Origin: Coniocarpon cinnabarinum
Taxonomy: Eukaryota
Reading direction: 5' to 3'
Length of the DNA stretch: 20,000 nucleotides
Assembly (NCBI GenBank): GCA_051942205.1
Contig: JAVECO010000135.1
Location: 44,453-64,452 of the forward strand
Shown here: in pieces, positions 8,882-17,812 of the stretch
Layout of the letters: each line of letters begins with the position of its first letter
How positions within the stretch are numbered: the stretch's first letter is position 1
Notes under the pieces: model-generated
What the model was told of the DNA's origin: nothing
What the model saw: only the letters and a program-made list of their open reading frames with translations
Databases searched by the model: none
Translations under genes and position numbers: made by a program

Positions 8882-9355
8882 GGCCGCGAGCGCACGTGCG
8901 ATAGCGACTGCAGGTTTGTTGGCATCTTGTCGAGGTTCGGGTATGAGGAAGAAAGTAGTGGGGCTACGAGAGGGCAGTGTATTGTGATGAGCGTATGACG
9001 CTAGTAGGTTTCCCTTGCGTGTTTGCTCCTCATACTGAGCAAAGAAGAGCTTGAAACGGAGTCAAGAAGCGCAACGGATCAATGTTGTCGAACATTCAAT
9101 TGTACTACACAATGACACACACGTCCGTTTGCAACTTCTTCCTGCGGCGACGTTGGTCGCCACTAGAAGAGGTGCATTCTCACACAAGGCACGACTCCAT
9201 AAACTTCCCGACGTACAGTCAAACGAACGCTCACAATCCGCGGTTGCACAACGGTTTGCATCCGTAGATACAGATACAAATATGATACAGAGCAAGTGGC
9301 CGGCCCTAGCGTTCAAGGTGTGATGTCAGACGCACTGCGCACTGCAAGAGACCCC

Positions 9356-9407
9356 GTCACGTGCCTGTGTGTCCGTGTCCCGCCCGTTTCCGTCTCCGTT
9401 TGGTCCG
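9356..9407. promoter_or_regulatory. GTCACGTG E-box plus CCG-triplet array in the panK / membrane-protein divergent promoter
   Basis: GTCACGTG at 9356-9363 (Cbf1-type RTCACGTG); CCG at 9373, 9380, 9384, 9390, 9396 and 9405. Confidence 0.3.
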
Positions 9408-9601
9408 AGGAGGAGTGCCAAGCCTTGGGGCTCAGTCACTCCGTCCAGCCGCCTCCCCTTCAGACTACTGCTGCCTGGCGGTATACATAGGTAGGCACAT
9501 CATCCTATCTCGCGTCTCTTTCGTCTTTCTCTTACTTCGCTTCATCTTCTTCTGACACTAGCACAAAGTCTTCTTAGTACTTCACTACACAAGCCTGCAT
9601 C

Positions 9602-10738
9602 ATGATAGGCGCTCACGGTGAAGCGGTCCACCACCTGGTCCGTCGCGGCGTTGATGCCACCGCCCGCTTCCACAACGAGCACGGCGACTTCGAAGCAGTC
9701 TACCAGATTCCTACCGGCTCCTTGGTCGTCCTGGGATTGACCGCTGTCTTGGGTCTCGTTCTCCTCACCTCGGTTCGATACACGCTCTGGGGAGTCGTGG
9801 CGACTCTGGCCGAAATCGAAACACCTCAGCATGCATACCTAGTCAAGGAAGAGAAGCCCGCCAAAGACTCTGAAGTCAGCCCTGAACAAGATGTTGCCGA
9901 GGCCGAAGTTGCTCTGGTCAAGCAGAAGCCCATCACGGCTAAGATCATCACTACAATCCAGCATATCCACAAGCGTGCCGGCTTTGCCGCTCGCTGGAGA
10001 GGACTGTCACTCTTCATCGTGTATGCTCTTGCCCACGGCATGCTTAGCGGCTTCATCGCCAACCTCTTTGGGGCCTTCCATTACCCTGACATGGGAAGCG
10101 TGTTCCTGGTCAAGTCTGTTGGATCCGTCATTGCGACAATCACGCTCGCCCGATTCTCGACCGCCTGGGTTCACATTGTCATCTCGGAGCCTTCGTCTAA
10201 GGCCTGGTTCCGCCGCGTGCCTGGTCTGAAGAGCTGGAAGAATGTGTGGGCTCCATCCGCAATCGTCGACATCACTACGCGCGTCGCCTTCACTCTTCCT
10301 GCCTTGTGCGCGGTTGGCCTTGGCCTCGACCCGAACGGCGTCCAGGGCCAACACCCGGGCATGGTCATCTTCAAAGCCCTTGTCTGCATCGTTATTGGAC
10401 TTACGGCCGTTGTGGCATTGGTGATTCCCGCCACTGTCTCGCTTGTACGCGTTCAAGCATCTATGCTTCCTGAAGAAGACGAAGCTATTGTCCCGTTCGA
10501 CCGCACGTTTGGCGGCAAGGTGGTCCCTGAAATCCTCGGCGGCTCTGGCGCGATCGGTTTTGTCGATGCTTGGAAAACCCTGGATATCCCAGCACGTGTC
10601 CGCATCCTGAAGCTCTTTTTCAAGTTTGTCGCGGTCGAGATTGGCCTACACGCCTTCGTCTTCACCTTCTTGGTTGCCGAGGCATTTATTCTCATTCGCC
10701 CTGAGCATTTCCGTAAGCTGCTGGGTCAGCAAGGGTGA
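9602..10738 (+). CDS. Conserved fungal multi-pass membrane protein of unknown function, 378 aa, intronless
   Basis: Long ORF with strongly C-ending codons and about 6 hydrophobic segments; motifs AWVHIVISEPS and RVQASMLPEEDEAIVPFDRTFGGKV; CT-rich leader at about 9500-9560. Confidence 0.88.
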   Translation: MIGAHGEAVHHLVRRGVDATARFHNEHGDFEAVYQIPTGSLVVLGLTAVLGLVLLTSVRYTLWGVVATLAEIETPQHAYLVKEEKPAKDSEVSPEQDVAEAEVALVKQKPITAKIITTIQHIHKRAGFAARWRGLSLFIVYALAHGMLSGFIANLFGAFHYPDMGSVFLVKSVGSVIATITLARFSTAWVHIVISEPSSKAWFRRVPGLKSWKNVWAPSAIVDITTRVAFTLPALCAVGLGLDPNGVQGQHPGMVIFKALVCIVIGLTAVVALVIPATVSLVRVQASMLPEEDEAIVPFDRTFGGKVVPEILGGSGAIGFVDAWKTLDIPARVRILKLFFKFVAVEIGLHAFVFTFLVAEAFILIRPEHFRKLLGQQG

Positions 10739-11253
10739 TTCCGACAGGATCCAACTCAGCAATTCTTCGACAATCCTGAACGAACCGTGCGTCATTCTGA
10801 GCAAGATGGGTTCATCGGATCATGTGGGAGCGGAGGGGTCAGGCGCGATTTGGATTTTGCTGTCTTGACTCGAGACTTGATTGCATTGAATAAAAACTGC
10901 ACTTAAATACATCTCAATTACCTAGAATGAGCACTAGAGACTTGCTTTTGACGCGCGTTTCAAATTCTGCTTGGTTTCTATGAAAACACTTCGACATTTG
11001 AGAGCGGACGTCACGGCATAGATTTAACTATTGTGGCTCTAGAACGCCAGCACCTCGGCCCAATTGCATCTGCGGCCTTTCCCGCACACCTTGTGAACCT
11101 GAAAGTTACCTGCGATTGAGAATGTAGCCTCTGCTTCAATCGCTGTCAATCCTCGACTTTTTGATGATGTCTACGGATTGATGAAATTGAGGCAATCCCG
11201 CCTAACACTTCATTGCTCGACAGCCTGGTGAATTGTCGCAGCGTCTCCCCACC

Positions 11254-12903
11254 ATGCCCACTCGTGAAGTTCCCGTGCGGTACCTACTCAGCGCACGCGA
11301 GCAACAAGCTCTACAACGGCTTCTCTCGTCTCGACGATCTAGCGCGGCGCAGCGCTCGTTGAGAGAGTCATCTGATTCCGCAAAGGGAGCCAATCGCAAT
11401 GCCTTCACAGACTTGGACGAATACCGCGCAGCTTCAATCCGTGTCAGCTTGCGACTCTTTCTGGCCAGCTACTCTGGATTGAAGATATATGACGTGCTGC
11501 TACAGCGCTTCTTCGGCCGCGCGCCAGAGACGTGAGTTTACGGGTTTATTAATTTGGCGCCGTTGCTAGATTGATTTGCTAATATATAGGATAGCTCGAA
11601 AACACGAAGATTCTTCAAATCCCCAAACTTCCGCCTGTCGCTCTCACTCTCCGCATTACTGTTTCTCCACCGGACTCTCCATCGCTTCTTCCTCCGTTTG
11701 CGAGCTCTGCTTTCGTCGACTGACGAGCGCGCGACTTCTTTTCGGCGGCGCAATCCCAAGACAACTCAGGCTTTGACGAATCGCCTAACGCCAGCGGTTG
11801 GGGCTTCCGCATCGTCTCTAGCGCTTTTCATTGCGCCGGCTGATCAGACACGGTTGAGTATTGCCATTTATGCCGCGTCAAGAGCCTTGGAGTTTGGATA
11901 CAATGCGCTGCCTGACAGCGGCTTCATCAAAAGCAACAAACCCAAATGGCTTGGCAGTTGGTGTATGATGCCGCTTGCCTGTGCGCAGCTATTGTACAGC
12001 TTTGTGTTCGATCGAGAGTGCTTCCCTGCCGCCTATGGAGGATTTATCTTGCGACGTAGTCCAGAGTATATCCAACAAAGACCTGCTGAGTATCCCGCAG
12101 GTCGGGAATGGCCCAGCACGTTCGACATTGCCGATGCGTTGGGTCGAGTAAGCGAAGCAAAGTGGCCTAAGTTTACGAGCCCAATACTATTCCCAGCAGC
12201 GAGCTACGCAAAGAGCAGGGACGCGGCCATCGCCGCTGTGGCTCCAGTCGTCGATCCCGCGCATCCGGCCATTGGGAATTTGTCATGTGCACTCTTGCAC
12301 CCCAGCGATCCTAGCTGCGGCCGAACGTTTGTGAAATACTTTCTGTCGGCGTTTCCTTCAACCGCACGGCTGTTTGCCATGATATACTCTGCATTCGCTT
12401 TACTCCGGTACAAAGCCTTTTTCGCAAGCCCTGCCGCATCTCTCGGCAGGCTTGGAGGTCGAATAGCGAAGACGAGTTTATTCATCACTGCGGCAATAGG
12501 TGGAGCGTGGTCTTCAATATGCATGTTACAGCGAATATTGCCTGGACATGTCATGCCGACATCGCGCTGGTACGTGTCTGGTTTCGTAGCAGGTCTAGCA
12601 GGCTGGATCGAGCGAGGCGGCGATGCTGGAAACTTCCTCTACAGCGCTCGAATGGCGGTCGACAGTTTGTGGAAGGTGGGCAAGAAGCGCAGGTGGTGGA
12701 AAGGACTTGCTGGAGGTGATGTTCTCGTCTTCTGGGCGAGCATGGCTTTGCTTGGAGGTGTCTACCAACGCAAGCCTGAGGCTGTTGAGGGTCCTCTTAT
12801 TCGGAAGACGCTGGGTTTATTCAGGGGAGATGGCTGGGTAGATCGTGCCACTGGCGTGGCGACCAAAGGAAAGGAACGGGAACTTGTGCACAAGGAAGAG
12901 TAA
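11254..12903 (+). CDS. TMEM135-like integral membrane protein, 2 exons, about 528 aa
   Basis: Exon 1 11254-11531 (accATG), 63-nt intron GTGAGT...CTAAT...TAG (11532-11594), exon 2 11595-12903 in frame with the 401-aa ORF. TMEM135-like features: QLLYSFVF...FP..Y..FI, CALLHP...SC, SLFITAAIGGAW..IC, several TM segments. Gene structure is solid; the family name is by resemblance. Confidence 0.8.
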
Positions 12904-13154
12904 GTGCTTAGTCTCTACATCATACAGCTTCTGACGAAAAAACCTCCAATGCAGTTCGTTGAAGCTGTAACTTCAGTATTAAGTACCCGGACGCTTGTGC
13001 AGGCCAAATTTTGCAATACATACTCCTGTAGAATCTGTGATTATACTGGAGAGACCTCTGCGAGCTCTTTTCGGATGTTTTTTTTAGCATGAAGACGCCG
13101 TCACATAGGACGGTCTTTGAACTTGATATCTGCGAGATAGATGAAGTACGAGAA

Positions 13155-13251
13155 CACGTGAATATCGCGCAGTCACGTGTTATGTGGCGCGTAAAGTACA
13201 AGTCGGTTGCAAAAGTGTGGGCGCAACGCGTCGTCCAGCAATGTAGCGCGT
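13155..13251 (+). promoter_or_regulatory. TOF1 promoter with MCB (MluI) and E-box elements
   Basis: CACGTG at 13155-13160, GTCACGTG at 13172-13179, ACGCGT at 13226-13231, and GCGCGT near-MCBs at 13187-13192 and 13246-13251, all 120-220 nt upstream of the ATG. Consistent with MBF-type G1/S control of a replication gene. Confidence 0.55.
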
Positions 13252-13373
13252 CGCCCTTTCGGCAGTGGACGTCAAGAACAATCGCCTTACTCAGCGCTGC
13301 GACAAGCAGACTCAGTCCTATGGCTCGGTGACTTTAAAGCTCGTGTGGGAGCTGTTCCGTCTACGCCGCCGTT

Positions 13374-16300
13374 ATGGATATCGAAAGCGACAAGCAGCCT
13401 CTCGTCGATCCAGAACTGCGCGCCTTTGTCTTTAACCGTGTTTCTTCTGTGCGTATCGCGAAAGCCTGTGTCTCATGCCATGACTATGACTAATCGAAAG
13501 GGTAGCTTGGTGGCTCCAGTGCGGCGGACGACGGCAGATATGTATTGGGAGACGATTTACTTCCCTCGCTCAAAGATATCCGCGACTGGTTGCGGCATTT
13601 CAACGACAAGCTCAACAGACTCGACGTCGCGCGCTTATTAGCTGAGGCAAATCTTGTCCAAGGAGATTTATTGGAAATACTAGCAGGATGGCCAGACGCC
13701 GCAGCGGAAGACTCCTTCAGATCGAAGGTGGCTTTGCGATGCGTAGACCTTTTGATGCAGTTGACCTGGCCGGTCGACCGGAACGAGTCCAGTACCACGC
13801 AGAACTTGCTTTTCCACAAGCCTTACGTCCAGACGGCACAAGCTTCGTACAAGCAAGCTATTCTACGACACCACGGCAAGATTTTGCGCAAGGCAGGACG
13901 AGCTGGACTCCCTGCTATTGCGCAACCACAACGAGAACGAAGCGCGATTGACGAGAGCATCATCAATGTTGTGCTATACCTTTTCCGCAATGTCGCAATG
14001 ATTCGCAAGCCGGATCATGTCAGCGATGAAGAAGACGATTCCGAAATTTCGAGATCAGCAACTATTGAGGCTTATCACGATCAAGACACATTTGATCTAC
14101 TTCTGGCGATTGGATCTGGAATCGGCGACGAGTTTCAACATCACGATCTTGAGCTACTCGATGTGCTGTTTCATCTTGTAAAGGGCATTGGTGTCGACAG
14201 ACTCTTCATGGACAAGGAACATCTCGTATCTTCAAACACTCGAGAATTACAGAGCTTGATTGGAAAAGAGAGGAACATGCACCTTGTTTATAATCGTCAT
14301 GCACCATCCCGTCACAATCGGTTCGGGACTATGGTCTGGATGAAACGCGACAACGGCAAAATGTCAACACTGATGGGCCAGACAGCCACTACCAATGACG
14401 AAAGTACTCTCCAGGACATCGACAACGCAAAGAAGTGGAAGAAGCCCCGCAGACCAGTGAAAAGGGCATCGACCGACCCAATTGATGAACTGAATGAGTT
14501 CAATGGCAATGTACCACTGACAGGGGTCGGCAGAAAACACCTCCGGAGCTTTGTCGAACGGTTCCTCGACTCATCCTTCAATCCCCTGTTCCTGGCCGTC
14601 CGCAAGAGCATTGAACGTGAAGTTCCGCGACTACAGCAATATCATACAAGGCAATTTTTCTTCCTGGTTTCTTGGTTCTTGCGCGTAGAATCTGTGCGGA
14701 GAAGAAACGGGTCTCAAACTCGTAACCTGGGGAATGATTCCAGGATATCTGACAGCGAGAGCTTCAATCTTGTTGCTGGAGTTTTGACGCAGCAAATGTT
14801 TGTGTTACTCTGCCGAAAAATGCAAGACGCCCACGATACCAAGAACTGGCAAGATCTCAACGCCTGCATGAAGTGTTTTACGCAGATCCTGCAAACAGTC
14901 CAAGAAATGGCTCAGTCACAACATGAGGAAGACCAGGAAATTGCGGAAAACATGCTAAGCCGAATATTCTACGAACAGTCTACGCACGATCAGATCATCA
15001 CGTTGTTAAGGACTTTCAAAGACCAAGGCTTTGGGTATCTCGATTCGCTCACTGATTTCGCACATGTTTTCATACGCACTCTTGAGCAATACTCAAAACA
15101 GAATGTGGACATGCAGGTACGATCAATGAGGAGGTCGAGAAAGAAAAAGGCTGCAGCAGATTCAAACCAAGGCACAAGTGACAACATGGATAAGGAACTG
15201 GAATCAACGGACAAGCAGGAGGCCCAACGGATCTCAACGGATCGCAAATTTGATTTCATGTCTTTCTCAGCGAAGATCATCAACCAGCACAGTATCGAGA
15301 CGTTCGTCAATTTCTTAAAGTACTTCAAGGAACTAGACACGGAGCAGCTCAAGCGCGCACATCGGTTCTTTTATCGAGCTGCTTTCAAGACTGAACTATG
15401 TGTCTACCTTTTCAGAATGGACATAATCTTGCTCTTGCAGCGTCTGGTCAGGGGACCCGACGGCATGAATCAGGAAGACCCTATGCTCAAGGAATGGGAG
15501 GAGCTCGTGCGCCAGATCTTCCGGCGTCTCATAAAGAAGATGCAGCAGCGATCGTCGCTAGGAGTTGAACTACTCTTTTCCAAGATCCCGTCAACAGTTT
15601 ATTACCTCGAGCATGGCTATGACAAGGAAGTGCCGAAGGCTACGCCACGCCCACCTGCTGATCTGGAAGTCAAGCCTGGCATGAGCATAGAAGACCAGAT
15701 CGGTGTTGCTGTCTCGGTTCTCATCAATCAGCACAAGGCAGATCATGTTGCCTGGGTCAAGCAAGTGCTGCATGCGGCTATGGACGAGCGCAAAGCATGG
15801 GAGGGCCTGCAAGAAGCGCAAGCCGCCGATCAAGGACGTGCGGTAGATGCTCAAGTCAACAACCAAGGCTCGTTGTTTGGCGCTGAAGCATCTCAAGAAC
15901 AGACTCATGAATCTGCAGAAGCACCTGCAGAAGCTTCGGCAGACTCGGCAATCAAGGAAGTGTCAGCAGCCTCACCATCTCCAATCCTGGTGCGACCCGA
16001 TACTCCTCAACGTCGCATGGCTATGCAGAAGGATAAGCATCTGCGCTTGTTACTAACGCTTCTAGGTTTCGACAAACTTGACATTACCGAGTCTGATATC
16101 GATCGTGATGGCTTCCTTACCTCTTGGACTATTCCGCCATCCCAATCATCCAACGAGCTGCAACGTTTACTTGAGCTGGTTGGAAAACATGAGTTCTCGC
16201 CACCCACTTACGACGATGGTAAGAGCGCGGAGGACTTCTTGCGACGAAAGCAGAACCCAACGTCTAAGAAAGCAGAAGCCGACCGTGACGAAGATTCAGA

Positions 16301-17219
16301 CTCTGAAGGAGACTCACAAAGTGAAGGCGACGAAGGAGCCCTTTTCCCAGCTGGGGGCCCGACTGCACGTAAAGCCGATCACTCTCCCAAACGAAGCCAC
16401 AAGCGAGCAAGGAAGCAGCGGGAGCCATTGAGTGACGATGCCGCTGAAGAGGCGAAAGCCGCAAGACGCAGAACCGAAAAGGCAAAAGCAGCGAAGATCA
16501 AGAGTAGGCTCATGATCAGTGTTAGCGATGATGAAGAGGACAACGAGCGCGACCGCTCGTTCTTCGAACGAGAAGCCGAGATGCGCAAACGGCAGGCTCG
16601 GGAGGTTCAAAACCAAAGCATGCGCTTGAGGGGGCTTTTGCAGGATGGATATGCCGTCGACGAGACTGGTGCGTTGGTGGACCAGGCAGGGAATTCGATC
16701 CAGGCGCAAAGTCTTAGCGATATTAGGAGGGGAAAGAAGCGAAGTCTTGAGGAAACGGCATCCGATGACGACGACGACGACGACGGCGCTGCAGCAGAGG
16801 ATCTGCCACTACATTCTAGGAAGAAAACAAGGCGAAGTCAGGAGGATGCTGACGATCTGGCACTGTCTTCTGACTCGGATGCCTTGAATGAGCTGTCGTC
16901 GGAAGATTCGCTACCGCCACGATCACGGCGTCGAAGACGCTCCATCCAGGATCTTGAATCGTTAAGCAACACAGAAGATGAGCGGCCCGAGGAGTTCGAC
17001 GATCAGACGCCGCCCTCCTCCCAGAGACCATCATCAGGGCACGGAGAGGATATATCGAGTGGCAAGATAGGCACGCCACGCAGCATGCCTGATGATGCTG
17101 ATGTCGGCTCAGACAAAGAAAACGCTGGCTCAAAAACATCAGCACGCAATAAGACGGACCAAAATGCGAGAGTGCGGCAGAGGGCTGCTTTTGTCATTGA
17201 CAGCGACAGTGATGAATGA
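13374..17219 (+). CDS. TOF1: Replication fork protection complex subunit Tof1/Swi1 (Timeless family), 2 exons, 1262 aa
   Basis: Exon 1 13374-13448 (MDIESDKQPLVDPELRAFVFNRVSS), 57-nt intron GTGCGT...CTAAT...TAG, exon 2 13506-17219 (LGG...YVLGDD...LKDIRDWL). Timeless motifs LTWP, LYLFRN, SRHNRFGT, FLDSSFNPLF, RIFYE, LKRAHRFFYR, ELLFSK, followed by an acidic/basic disordered tail. Confidence 0.96.
16764..16784 (+). repeat. GAT(GAC)6 coding microsatellite (poly-Asp, D7) in the Tof1 tail
   Basis: gatgacgacgacgacgacgac read directly; encodes DDDDDDD. Confidence 0.9.
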
Positions 17220-17761
17220 CATGCTGTTCACGCCACTGAGCGTAGACGAACAAGCATTCTTTGACGTATTGATAATTTGCCAATTAAGTATCCTTCATGG
17301 ATGTGCGCGCATCATTGCCCTGTTTCTTCCAGCAAGCTCGAAACGCCTCCATCTAACAATTATCGATTAGGTGAAGCACTCGTTTTGAACAAAACTTCAA
17401 CGTACCTCGTCCTTGCATGCTCGCCAGTCTTTCTTCTCGTAGTAGCAATCGTTCAATTTGGCATTTTCCACTGTGACGCTGTAAGAAGCAGATTTCGATG
17501 GCTGATTAAAAATAGCTTGACGTGCCTGCACATCCTGTGCTGAAAATGCGTTTATCCCTATGTTCACTGAGCATGCCGCTTCGCACTAAGTCTCAAAGTC
17601 TCGCAGTCTCACCAGTCATCTGGCTCGTCATCTTCGTCAACTTGTCTTGACTGATTCGAAGACTCCTGCACTTGATTTGACTGCTGATCACTCATGACGT
17701 CGTTTCTCATTAACGAAAATGAAGCAGCGTGTCTCAACGGTGTCTGACTTTCGCCACCGAC

Positions 17762-17778
17762 ATCACGTGTATACGTGA
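17762..17778. promoter_or_regulatory. Near-perfect palindrome with E-box upstream of BPL1
   Basis: ATCACGTG at 17762-17769 overlaps TCACGT-GTAT-ACGTGA (17763-17778), ending 35 nt before the ATG at 17813. Confidence 0.4.
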
Positions 17779-17812
17779 CACTTTCGCACCGTCAAATAAG
17801 TATCACTTGAAA

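Noticed and set aside
13320..13331. Three-codon uORF (ATG GCT CGG TGA) upstream of TOF1
   Set aside because: Weak start context and it may lie upstream of the TSS; expected by chance.
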